Shown here piece after piece: positions 29,852-38,799 of a stretch of 64,000 nucleotides of DNA. Below the pieces are notes generated by a model that was given only the letters and a program-made list of their open reading frames with translations, did no database searches and was not told the origin of the DNA. Origin of the DNA: an uncultured Prevotellaceae bacterium (GTDB taxonomy: Bacteria > Bacteroidota > Bacteroidia > Bacteroidales > Muribaculaceae); NCBI GenBank assembly GCA_900317835.1, contig ONIL01000007.1:3527-67526 (forward strand), read 5' to 3'. The first letter of the stretch is position 1. Each line of letters starts with the position of its first letter. A program made the translations under genes and the position numbers.

Positions 29852-29887
29852 GCGAGGGGCGGTGCCGCATTTGGCATCGCCCCTCGT
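29852..29887. terminator. Hairpin between the convergent hut and arc operons (probable bidirectional terminator)
   Basis: GCGAGGGGCGGTGCC / GGCATCGCCCCTCGT inverted repeat. Confidence 0.75.
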
Positions 29888-29910
29888 TAATTGTCATGTG
29901 GGATTTTATA

Positions 29911-30849
29911 CTACTTGACAAGCAGTGTACCGGTCTTGCCCTGCAGGGCCTCGCGGGCCTTGTCGAGCGAGGTGATCAGGGCAGTGCCGCCTGTGGTGTT
30001 CTCCACAAAGCTGATGCACGACTCCACCTTGGGCAGCATGCTGCCGGGGGCGAAGTGACCCTGCTTGATGTACTCGCGTGCCTCGGCGATAGTCATGCGG
30101 TCAAGATCCTTCTGGTCAGGCTTGTTGAAGTTGATCGAAACCTTTTCTACGGCAGTAAGGATCACCAGCATGTCGGCATTCAGGTCGAGAGCCAACTTGG
30201 CGCTGGCGCGGTCCTTGTCGATAACGGCTGCTACACCCTCATAGTCGCCAGGACCTTTCTCCACAACGGGGATGCCACCACCACCGACGGTGATAACTAT
30301 GCTGTGAAGACCAACCAGTTGCTCCACGATGGGCAACTCGACGATCTTGACGGGGATGGGTGAAGGCACCACGCGGCGGTAACCACGGCCAGCATCCTCG
30401 ACAAAGGTGTAACCCGTCTCGGCAACGATGCGGTCAGCGTCCTCCTTGCTGTAGAACATGCCGACGGGCTTAGTAGGCTTCTGGAAGGCGCTGTCGCTCT
30501 TGTCAACAACAACCTGGGTCACCACAGCAGCACAGGGTTTGTTGATGCCACGGGCGGCGAGTTCACGCTCTACAGCCTGCTGCAAGTGATAGCCGATGTA
30601 GCCCTGCGTCATGGCGCCACACTCGGGGAACGGCATGGCGGGTGTGCCGCCACCATTGTTGGCCGAGTACTCAAAGGCCAGATTCACCATGCCCACTTGT
30701 GGGCCATTACCGTGACCAATTACCACATCATACCCCTCCTCAACGAGGTCAACAATCGTTGACGCGGTGCTCTTAACCAGCTCCAACTGCTCCTGAGGAG
30801 TCTTGCCCAAGGCGTTACCACCCAGAGCAATCACAAGACGTTTGCTCAT
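29911..30849 (-). CDS. arcC: Carbamate kinase
   Basis: VIALGGNAL, HGNGPQVG, EDAGRGYRRVVPSP, GGGGIPV, VIDKD, GSMLPKVE. Confidence 0.97.
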   Translation of the reverse strand: MSKRLVIALGGNALGKTPQEQLELVKSTASTIVDLVEEGYDVVIGHGNGPQVGMVNLAFEYSANNGGGTPAMPFPECGAMTQGYIGYHLQQAVERELAARGINKPCAAVVTQVVVDKSDSAFQKPTKPVGMFYSKEDADRIVAETGYTFVEDAGRGYRRVVPSPIPVKIVELPIVEQLVGLHSIVITVGGGGIPVVEKGPGDYEGVAAVIDKDRASAKLALDLNADMLVILTAVEKVSINFNKPDQKDLDRMTIAEAREYIKQGHFAPGSMLPKVESCISFVENTTGGTALITSLDKAREALQGKTGTLLVK

Positions 30850-30880
30850 ACTCTAGTTGTGTCTAAAAATATGATGTGTA

Positions 30881-31873
30881 TTACTTCAACGTGGCGTACA
30901 TCACAGCCTTGATGGTGTGCATGCGGTTCTCGGCCTCGTCAAATACCTTGGATTGCGGGCTGCGGAACACCTTGTCGGTCACCTCCATCTCGGGCAGACC
31001 GAACTTCTTGTAGATGTCAGCACCGATAGTGGTCTCCAGGTCGTGGAACGAGGGGAGGCAGTGCAGGAAGATGGCGCCGGGATTGGCATTGGCCATAACT
31101 GCGTCGTTCACCTGATAGGGGCTGAGCAGCTTGATGCGCTGTTCCCAAATCTCATCGGGCTCACCCATCGATACCCAAATGTCGGTGTAGATGACATCAG
31201 CATCCTTGGTGCCTTTCTTCACGTCATCGGTCAACGTGATGGTGCAGCCGTTCTCCTTAGCGATAGCCTTGCAGGTCTTGACGAGCTTCTCGTCGGGCAT
31301 GTTGTCCTTGGGACCGCAAGCCACGAAGTTGATACCCAACTTGGCCGAAACGACCATCAGTGAGTTGGCCACGTTGTTGCGGGCATCACCCATGAAGACC
31401 ATCTTCAGGCCCTTGTAGTAACCGAAGTTCTCCTCAATGGTGAGGACGTCGGCGAGCATCTGAGTGGGATGGAACTCGGTGGTCAGACCGTTCCAAACGG
31501 GAACACCTGCATACTTGGCGAGGTCCTCGACAATCCGCTGGTCGAAGCCACGATACTCAATACCGTCAAACATGCGTCCCAGCACCTTGGCAGTGTCCTC
31601 GAGAGACTCCTTCTTGCCCATCTGGGATGAACCTGGATCAAGGTAGGTAACACCCATACCCAGGTCATTACCAGCTACTTCAAACGAGCAACGGGTTCTT
31701 GTTGAGGTCTTCTCAAACAAGAGCACGATGTTCTTGCCAGCAAGGTACTTGTGGGGAGTTCCGGCGCGTTTCATGCGCTTGAAATCCTTAGCAAGCTCAA
31801 GTAAATACTTAATCTCATCGGTTGAGAAATCGAGTAACTTCAGGAAACTTCTTCCAGATAAACTTCTTGGCAT
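30881..31873 (-). CDS. arcB: Ornithine carbamoyltransferase (catabolic context)
   Basis: [47 protein letters not shown]. Confidence 0.95.
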   Translation of the reverse strand: MPRSLSGRSFLKLLDFSTDEIKYLLELAKDFKRMKRAGTPHKYLAGKNIVLLFEKTSTRTRCSFEVAGNDLGMGVTYLDPGSSQMGKKESLEDTAKVLGRMFDGIEYRGFDQRIVEDLAKYAGVPVWNGLTTEFHPTQMLADVLTIEENFGYYKGLKMVFMGDARNNVANSLMVVSAKLGINFVACGPKDNMPDEKLVKTCKAIAKENGCTITLTDDVKKGTKDADVIYTDIWVSMGEPDEIWEQRIKLLSPYQVNDAVMANANPGAIFLHCLPSFHDLETTIGADIYKKFGLPEMEVTDKVFRSPQSKVFDEAENRMHTIKAVMYATLK

Positions 31874-31940
31874 AATAATAAAAATGTTTTGTGTTAAATG
31901 GTGAATATTAATTAATGTATTGAAAGTTCATTCTTGAGAA

Positions 31941-33170
31941 TCAGCCCTCACGCCACAACGGCATGCTCATGCAACGGGGGCCTCCACGACCGCGGGAGAG
32001 CTCACTGCTGGGAATCTCGAGCACGGTGATGCCCTCGTCACGCAGGATAGCGTTAGTGACATTGTTGCGCTCATAGACAATCACCTTTCCGGGAGCGATG
32101 CACAGCGTGTTGGAACCGTCATTCCACTGCTCGCGCTCGGCAGTGATGAGGTCACCGCCGCCACACTTGATAAGGGTGACATGCTCCAGTCCCAACGACT
32201 CGGCCAGAATCTCTTCCAGGGTCTCCTCCTTGCGCTCCAACTTGATGGCATCGCCCTCGCCGCGGGTAAGCTTGAAGACCTCAAGCGGTCCCAGAATGCC
32301 CGGGTGAACTGTGAACTTGTCGTGGTCAATCTGGGTGAACACGGTGTCCAGATGCATGAATGCACGCGTCTCGGGAATGTGGATGGCCAGCACGGTATCG
32401 ATGGTGGAATTCTTGTTGGCGAAGATGTTCTTGGCAATCAACTCGATGCCGTCGGGCTCGGTGCGCTGCGAGATGCCAATGGCGAGCGTGTGCTCGTTCA
32501 GGTTGAGGATGTCACCACCCTCGATGCGGTAAGGCAGGTCGCGGTCATAGTAGTGCTCCACGTCCTTGAAATCGGGGTGATACTTGAAGATATAGTCCCC
32601 GTAGATGGTCTCGCGGCAACGCGTCACCGAGAACATGCGGTTGATGCTCACGCCCGTGCCGATGCAGGCAAACGGGTCGCGTGTGAAGTACAGGTTAGGC
32701 ATTGGCTTGACCACAAAACGGCTGTCGCCGCGCACCTGGTCAACCAGCGAGTTCTCGACCTCGCGGGGGTCACGCGGCAGGTCCTGCAGGTAGATGCCTT
32801 CCATCGTCTTCAACACGAGTTCCTTGCTCGACTTGATGCCGTTCAGGTAGTTATAGATGATGTCGTGGTATTTTGTCGCACAGATGCCGGCCTCCTCGAT
32901 GAACTGGCGCAGGAATTGCTCCCTGATTTCAGGGTTGATGTCCAGCACTTGCGCCATCAGGTCCTCAAGGTAAACCACCTCAACGCCATTGTCACGCAAC
33001 ACCTGTGAGAAAGCGTCATGCTCTTCCTCGGCCACCTTGAGATAGGGAATATCGTCAAACAGCAGCTCTTCCAGGGTGTTGGGTGTCAAGTTGAGCAGTT
33101 CACGTCCGGGACGGTGCAACAAAACCTTCTTCAACGGTTTTATCTCACTTGTAACATGAATTCCTTTCAT
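31941..33170 (-). CDS. arcA: Arginine deiminase
   Basis: VTSEIKPLKKVLLHRPG, LLFDDIP, FTRDP, IEGGD, MHLDTV, EQWNDGSN, GRGGPRCMSMPL; start at ATG 33170. Confidence 0.96.
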   Translation of the reverse strand: MKGIHVTSEIKPLKKVLLHRPGRELLNLTPNTLEELLFDDIPYLKVAEEEHDAFSQVLRDNGVEVVYLEDLMAQVLDINPEIREQFLRQFIEEAGICATKYHDIIYNYLNGIKSSKELVLKTMEGIYLQDLPRDPREVENSLVDQVRGDSRFVVKPMPNLYFTRDPFACIGTGVSINRMFSVTRCRETIYGDYIFKYHPDFKDVEHYYDRDLPYRIEGGDILNLNEHTLAIGISQRTEPDGIELIAKNIFANKNSTIDTVLAIHIPETRAFMHLDTVFTQIDHDKFTVHPGILGPLEVFKLTRGEGDAIKLERKEETLEEILAESLGLEHVTLIKCGGGDLITAEREQWNDGSNTLCIAPGKVIVYERNNVTNAILRDEGITVLEIPSSELSRGRGGPRCMSMPLWREG

Positions 33171-33360
33171 GACATTGGAAATTATTTCGTTTCTGTTTAT
33201 GATAATGGATGAATTTGTTTTAGTGGGGCAAAGGTAAGCAATTTCACTCAACCTCACACCATTTTTCACATCATTTTTATTAACACGACCTCGCACCATC
33301 ACTTTTTGCCTTCAAATAATTGGCCGAATCTAAAAAAAGCCCTACATTTGCATCGTGAAA

Positions 33361-33560
33361 TCAACGTGTTGAGGTTTCCTGCACGATTATGGGTTGCAGG
33401 AATCAAAAGGGAACCAGGTGAAAATCCTAGACAGTACCCGCTGCTGTAACTCCCCACAACACATCGCACGGCATCATGCCACTGGTTGCAACATCACTGC
33501 TGCATCATCACCGGGAAGGCGCCGCCGCGATGAGGGAGAAGTCAGAAGACCTGCCTCCAC
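33361..33560 (+). promoter_or_regulatory. Cobalamin (AdoCbl) riboswitch
   Basis: AGGT...AAAAGGGAACCAGGTGAAAATCCT...CCCGCTGCTGTAA...GCCACTG...GGGAAGGC...AGTCAGAAGACCTGCC (B12 box); TACATTTG promoter at 33343-33350. Confidence 0.93.
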
Positions 33561-33727
33561 ACGGCCTGTTTATCGTGGTTCACGCGGCATTTGGACCCTG
33601 GCGAAGAAAGATGATGCGGACACAAACTGCCCACATTCTCAAGAGATTACCATTTACCACCCATGGTCACTCATGCCTCATGAATTCGCGCTGAAACGTG
33701 AAGTTTAACATTATATATATTAATGAC

Positions 33728-34852
33728 ATGAGAAGAGCTCTACATCTTGCTGTGGTAATGGTACTGGCCGTGGTAGCGGCTCAAGCCGGTAACTCGCCTT
33801 ACATCGCTCGGGTATATGATTATCGGCCCGCGCCAGGACAGTTTGTTAACGTGTTCCCAGCTTACAAGCCCGGATACACCCAAGACAGCATCAACGCACA
33901 GCTCGAGGATGCCCTGTGCGGAAAACTGGGTGGCACGGTTAGCCTGGGCAGCTATGGCGGCTACATCGTTTTTGGCTTTGACCATCCTGTGGTGAACATG
34001 CATGGCTATGACGTGAAAATCTATGGCAACGCTATGCAGAGTGAGGCTGTGCCCGGCATGGCCGGCGGCAGTTGCGAACCTGGCATTATCATGGTGGGCG
34101 TGGACAATGACGGCGATGGCTTGCCCGGCGACGGAGACCTGTGGTATGAAATCAGGGGCGCTGACTATGACCGTTGCCTGCACGGCTATGAGATTACCTA
34201 CTACAAGCCTGACGAGAACAAAGTGCGCGTGCCCCATGACAGCTGGCGATTCATCACCGACGTTGAGTATGTCTATTGGACCAGCAACGACGAGAATCCC
34301 GACAGCACGAGCGGCTATGTGTGGCGCAATTCATTCCACAACCAGCCATATTGGCCCTTATGGCTTGAGGACACCGTGATGACCTTTAGGGGCACCAAAT
34401 TGCCCAACACGGCTATCGACATGAGTGGCGGTAACGGAAACAACTGGTTCCAGCCGTTCTTTGGCTTGGGCTATGTCGATAACCAGCCCAATGGCCAGGA
34501 ACCTGGTTTCATGATCGACTGGGCCGTTGACGAGGAGGGTAACTCCGTTTCAATCGACCATATTGACTTTATCAAGGTCTATTGCGGTCAGTTGGACTAC
34601 TGCGGTTGGCTGGGTGAGGTGTCGACTGAGGTTTGCGGTGCCGAGGATTTGCATCCCGATGCCGTTATGACGCTACCAGGAGACGTGAATTGCGACAATG
34701 CGGTGAACATCAGTGACGTGACCGCTCTTATCGACTACGTGTTGGGCAGCGAAGTGGCTACGATTAACACAGCTGCTGCCGATGTTAATCATGATAGCCA
34801 TATTAATATTTCCGATGTCACCCAATTGATTGATGAACTTTTAGGCTCATGA
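33728..34852 (+). CDS. BtuH-like cobalamin-binding cell-surface protein with C-terminal dockerin
   Basis: VYDYRPAPGQFVN, SLGSYGGYIVFGFDH, EPGIIMVGVDNDGDG, WYEI motifs recalled from Bacteroides B12-locus surface proteins; SPI (AQA-G); dockerin 34679-34852. Confidence 0.72.
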   Translation: MRRALHLAVVMVLAVVAAQAGNSPYIARVYDYRPAPGQFVNVFPAYKPGYTQDSINAQLEDALCGKLGGTVSLGSYGGYIVFGFDHPVVNMHGYDVKIYGNAMQSEAVPGMAGGSCEPGIIMVGVDNDGDGLPGDGDLWYEIRGADYDRCLHGYEITYYKPDENKVRVPHDSWRFITDVEYVYWTSNDENPDSTSGYVWRNSFHNQPYWPLWLEDTVMTFRGTKLPNTAIDMSGGNGNNWFQPFFGLGYVDNQPNGQEPGFMIDWAVDEEGNSVSIDHIDFIKVYCGQLDYCGWLGEVSTEVCGAEDLHPDAVMTLPGDVNCDNAVNISDVTALIDYVLGSEVATINTAAADVNHDSHINISDVTQLIDELLGS

Positions 34853-36522
34853 AAAAGATAGGTATATTTGTGATAATAGCCCTCGTGGCATTAGTGTCCA
34901 AGGCCCAGGAGTTCACATTCACTAATGGCATTATCTTCATTAATGAGGATCGTTATGGCGCCAATCAAGGCTCTATCAACTATTATAATTATGATTATAA
35001 TGAGATGGAGTATAACGTGTTCGCATTTGTAAACCCGGGCGTTAAACTGGGTGTGACATCTCAGCACGGGCAACTTTTTGGCGGTCGACTCTTCATCGTG
35101 AGCAAGCAGGCCAATGGAAACGAGTCCAGTGGAAGCACTGTGGGCTCAAGGCTGGCCGTTCTTGATGGTGTGACGCTCGTTCAGCAGGCCAACATTCTGC
35201 GTTTTGGTGCGTCAGCCGACAGCACCTATGACGGTCGCGCCTATTGCGCTGTCAATAACTATAAGGGTTATATCTCGACCAATGCCGGCATCTTTGTGTT
35301 GGATGTCGCCAGCATGACAGTTAGAGGCCCCATACAGGGCACGCAGTCCAGCGCTAGGGGCGACTACAACAGCCTGTATTACGACCAGTGTGGCGATATG
35401 GTGAGATTTGGGCAGTATGTCTATGCCGTGCAGCAAGGCAAGGGCCTGCATGTGATTGATCCCGAGACGGATGCGATTGTAACTACTTTGCCTTTCCCCG
35501 ACATTGTCACGGTGTTTGTCACGGCAGGCGGTAAACTCTATGTGGCCAATAACAGCCGTGAGGTCTATGACTTTGGTACAGGTCCATTTGAGGCCAATTT
35601 CACGCAGATAGACCCGGTGACTTTTGAGATAAAGAGTGTGCATAGCCTGCCTGAGGACAAGGGCGCGGTGTGTGCATGGGGAGCATGGCATGCCCGCATG
35701 TTATGTGTTGATCCTGTTGCCGAGCGTGTGTATTTCAACCACGAGGAGTATCAGAACTTCATCAGTAGTTATGATTTCAATTCGCGAGAGTTTATCGACA
35801 CGCTTATCCTCTTGCCTGAGGGCGTGGAGACCAATTGGGACGGAACAAAAGAGCGTCAAGGCCTATACGCCTCGGCGTTGAGTTTTGACCCGCACACTGG
35901 CGACATGGTGGTGCAGACCACCGAGGCAGCACCGATGTATGCTTACCAGAACTTCAATCACAACTGGGTATTGTTCTATAACGTGATGACAGGTGAACTC
36001 AAACGCCAAGTGCGTTTGCAGGACGCTTATTGGTTCCCTGCCTTAGCGGTTTATCCTGACCTGTATGCGCCCACTATTAGTGTCAGTGACATGACGTTGT
36101 CGAGAGGGACGAGCAGTGAAGTCAACTTGCTTCACGCCATTCAAGATCCCGATAACATGGCAGCGCTTGCCGTGACGACGGTCCAGAGCCGTGACGAGTC
36201 GATTGTGAGGGCTCGTGTCGTTGGCCTGAAACTGATCGTCGAGGCTGTTGCTCCTGGTCGAGCAACAATCGATGTGACCACCGACAGCAACGGCCAGTTA
36301 GCGACCACATCGTTTGTTGTTACCGTAACGGATGGCTCATCGCCGGGCGATGTGAATATGGACGGCAAGATAAGTATTGACGACGTGACGGATCTTATCG
36401 ATATCCTGCTAGGGTCGGTGCTCACGGTCTATGATATGGGAGCCGCAGATGTCAACGGAGACCACCGCATCACAATTAGTGATGTCACCGAGCTCATCGA
36501 CAGGTTATTAACCAACATCTGA
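34849..36522 (+). CDS. BtuG/YncE-like beta-propeller (DUF5074-like) plus Ig-like domain plus dockerin
   Basis: IFINEDRYGANQGSINYY, LGVTSQHG...LFIVSKQ, propeller repeats, WFPA; SPI (SKA-Q); dockerin 36346-36522. Confidence 0.72.
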   Translation: MKKIGIFVIIALVALVSKAQEFTFTNGIIFINEDRYGANQGSINYYNYDYNEMEYNVFAFVNPGVKLGVTSQHGQLFGGRLFIVSKQANGNESSGSTVGSRLAVLDGVTLVQQANILRFGASADSTYDGRAYCAVNNYKGYISTNAGIFVLDVASMTVRGPIQGTQSSARGDYNSLYYDQCGDMVRFGQYVYAVQQGKGLHVIDPETDAIVTTLPFPDIVTVFVTAGGKLYVANNSREVYDFGTGPFEANFTQIDPVTFEIKSVHSLPEDKGAVCAWGAWHARMLCVDPVAERVYFNHEEYQNFISSYDFNSREFIDTLILLPEGVETNWDGTKERQGLYASALSFDPHTGDMVVQTTEAAPMYAYQNFNHNWVLFYNVMTGELKRQVRLQDAYWFPALAVYPDLYAPTISVSDMTLSRGTSSEVNLLHAIQDPDNMAALAVTTVQSRDESIVRARVVGLKLIVEAVAPGRATIDVTTDSNGQLATTSFVVTVTDGSSPGDVNMDGKISIDDVTDLIDILLGSVLTVYDMGAADVNGDHRITISDVTELIDRLLTNI

Positions 36523-36568
36523 AAAACTGATTTATCGCATGTTTAACTATTAATAAAATGAAGACAAA

Positions 36569-37546
36569 ATGAAGAAGATTTTTACTCTTGCATCAAGCCT
36601 GATGTTTGCATCTGCCATGTGGGCAGGTATTGTAACTCTTGACTTGAACTCTCCGCTGAACCCCGAGTCACTCGAGTATAACGAGTTCGGCATCTGGACG
36701 GGCACCTACAACGACGTGGATTTCACCTGGCTGGAGTTTGGCAACCAGAATGGTCAATTCATGCTTTCGCACCTCATCGATGGTGAGGGCGCATCGTGGG
36801 GAGGATACTATTGGGACGGTTTCATTCCCGCCATTGGTGGCGATCAGACGGACTACACCTTGCCCAGCAGTGGCGGCACTTGGACTTCCAGGTTCGGTGG
36901 TTGTATGGCAGGTGGTGGTTGCGTCATCAATGCCGATGGTTCGGTCAGTGCCGATCCTAATCAGCCTTACCTTGTGGCTTACTACAGCAGTTGGGCAATG
37001 GAAGGTCCCAGCAATCAGGTGATGTTTATGGATAAGGACGGTTCCATGACCTTCAGGCCCGCTGGAGTATATGTGTGCAACCATCCTTGGGCATACTACG
37101 ACTGCTTGCATGGCGAGGGCTCCAGCAGAGCATTTGTCGAGGGTGACTACTTTGAGTTGATTGCAGTCGGGGTTGATGCCGATGGCAACGAGAAGAGTAC
37201 TAGCATTAACCTCGTTGAGTATGTTAACGGTGAACTGAATGCACTGAATGATTGGACCTATTTCGACCTGTCGAGCCTGGGCGAGGTAACCATGGTTTAC
37301 TTCACTCTGAATTCGACCGACACTGGCATGTACGGCATGAATACCGCTGCCTTCTTCTGCATGGATAAGTTACAGGTAAATGACAGTCCGAGTTCCGTAG
37401 AGAGCGTCAATACAGACAAGCAGGTGACTGGCATGAAGTACGTCAACTTGGCTGGCATGACCAGCGACAAGCCCTTTGACGGTGTGAACATTGTCGTTAC
37501 CACCTTTAACGACGGCACCACCAGCACCGCCAAGGTCATCAAGTAA
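36569..37546 (+). CDS. DUF4465 (BtuJ-like) protein with T9SS CTD-like tail
   Basis: WDGF, YLVAYY, GDYFELIAVG, INLVEY, WTYFDLSSLG, FTLNSTD.GMYGMNTAAFFCMD; tail SVESV...KYVNLAG...GVNIV...TAKVIK; SPI. Confidence 0.78.
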   Translation: MKKIFTLASSLMFASAMWAGIVTLDLNSPLNPESLEYNEFGIWTGTYNDVDFTWLEFGNQNGQFMLSHLIDGEGASWGGYYWDGFIPAIGGDQTDYTLPSSGGTWTSRFGGCMAGGGCVINADGSVSADPNQPYLVAYYSSWAMEGPSNQVMFMDKDGSMTFRPAGVYVCNHPWAYYDCLHGEGSSRAFVEGDYFELIAVGVDADGNEKSTSINLVEYVNGELNALNDWTYFDLSSLGEVTMVYFTLNSTDTGMYGMNTAAFFCMDKLQVNDSPSSVESVNTDKQVTGMKYVNLAGMTSDKPFDGVNIVVTTFNDGTTSTAKVIK

Positions 37547-37592
37547 CAACCACGATAACACACAGCATTATAGTATATAGTAACCATGATTT

Positions 37593-37637
37593 GAGGATGC
37601 GTCCCAACGGCACTGCCAGCCGCAAGGACGCATCCTC
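37593..37637. terminator. 12-bp perfect hairpin after the B12 operon
   Basis: GAGGATGCGTCC / GGACGCATCCTC. Confidence 0.65.
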
Positions 37638-37642
37638 TCGTT

Positions 37643-37687
37643 AAAAAACCAGCGCGCCCGTTCCTGTGTGTAGAAACGAGCGCGCTG
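37643..37687 (-). terminator. Intrinsic terminator of the greA-HIT operon
   Basis: CAGCGCGC...GCGCGCTG hairpin with an A6 run (U-tract on the minus strand). Confidence 0.7.
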
Positions 37688-37715
37688 TGGTTATTCCAGT
37701 CTATGATGTGACCGT

Positions 37716-38108
37716 TTAAAGTTCTGCAGCGATTGCAGCGGCAATAGCCTGCATTTCCTCGGCAGGAAGAGTCAATTTAGGACCACCGAAGGCCATGTCT
37801 TTCTCGCTCTGCAACGGCACGAGATGAATGTGGCAATGGGGCACTTCAAGACCCAGCACGCCGATGCCGATGCGCTTGCAGGGAACCGCCTTTTCAAGCG
37901 CCATGGCGACCTTGCGGGCAAATGCCCAAAGGCCGGCATACTCTTCCTCGTCGAGGTCGAACATGTAGTTCACCTCATGCTTGGGGATGACAAGCGTGTG
38001 ACCTTTGGCCATGGGATTGATGTCCAGGAATGCGTAGTAGCGGTCGTCCTCGGCCACCTTGTAGCTGGGAATCTCACCAGCGGCGATCTTGCTGAAAATG
38101 GTTGCCAT
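37716..38108 (-). CDS. HIT family nucleotide hydrolase
   Basis: TIFSKIAAGEIP, AFLDINP, GHTLVIPK, VPHCHIHLVP histidine triad. Confidence 0.93.
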   Translation of the reverse strand: MATIFSKIAAGEIPSYKVAEDDRYYAFLDINPMAKGHTLVIPKHEVNYMFDLDEEEYAGLWAFARKVAMALEKAVPCKRIGIGVLGLEVPHCHIHLVPLQSEKDMAFGGPKLTLPAEEMQAIAAAIAAEL

Positions 38109-38116
38109 GATAACAA

Positions 38117-38587
38117 TTAAATTTCAATTTTAAGGATTTCAAACTTCATTAAACCAGCAGGTGCCTGAACCTCTACAGTCTCGCCCACCTTGTGTCCCAA
38201 CAGACCCTTGGCAATGGGAGTAGAGATCGAAATCTTGCCCTCACGCAGGTTGGCCTCGGTCTCGGTGACAATGGTATAGGTTACTGTAGCCTTGCTCTTG
38301 ATATTCTTGATGGTTACCTTGGTGAGCAACTGCACTTCGTCGGTCGAGATATTGCTCTCGTCAATGATGCGTGCCGATGCGATGAGTGACTTGAGTTCAG
38401 CAATCTTGGCTTCGAGCATACCCTGACGCTCCTTAGCAGCATCATATTCCGCATTCTCAGATAAGTCACCCTTGTCGCGAGCCTCAACAATGGCGCGAAC
38501 TACCTCGGGGCGTTCGACATTCTCAAGATGGGAAAGTTCCGCCATCTTCTTGTCGTAGCCTTCCTGTGTCATGTAAGTAATAGCCAT
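38117..38587 (-). CDS. greA: Transcription elongation factor GreA
   Basis: ARDKGDLSENAEYDAAKE, ISISTPIAKGLLG. Confidence 0.97.
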   Translation of the reverse strand: MAITYMTQEGYDKKMAELSHLENVERPEVVRAIVEARDKGDLSENAEYDAAKERQGMLEAKIAELKSLIASARIIDESNISTDEVQLLTKVTIKNIKSKATVTYTIVTETEANLREGKISISTPIAKGLLGHKVGETVEVQAPAGLMKFEILKIEI

Positions 38588-38621
38588 GCTAAATACTGTG
38601 TTTTTTTAATTTTTAAGATTC

Positions 38622-38662
38622 AAAAAATTAGAAGAATCTCAATAATGGCATATGAGATCCCC
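38622..38662 (-). terminator. Terminator-like hairpin inside the greA 5' leader
   Basis: Minus strand GGGGAUCUCA-N11-UGAGAUUCUU-CUAAUUUUUU between the TATCTTTG promoter (38689-38696) and the greA ATG. Confidence 0.6.
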
Positions 38663-38799
38663 CGTGGTTAATACTTGTTTTAACGTTGCAAAGATAGATA
38701 TAATATTTTATTCACAGCATGGGATTGTTAATATTTTCCCTCTCTTTTATTAAAATTTAACCGATTTTGGGAAAGGATGCTATTGTTTTCGGTCAGCGA

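Noticed and set aside
33171-33302. 44-aa N-terminal extension of ArcA
   Set aside because: Overlaps the TACCTTTG promoter region; homology starts at MKGIHVTSEI
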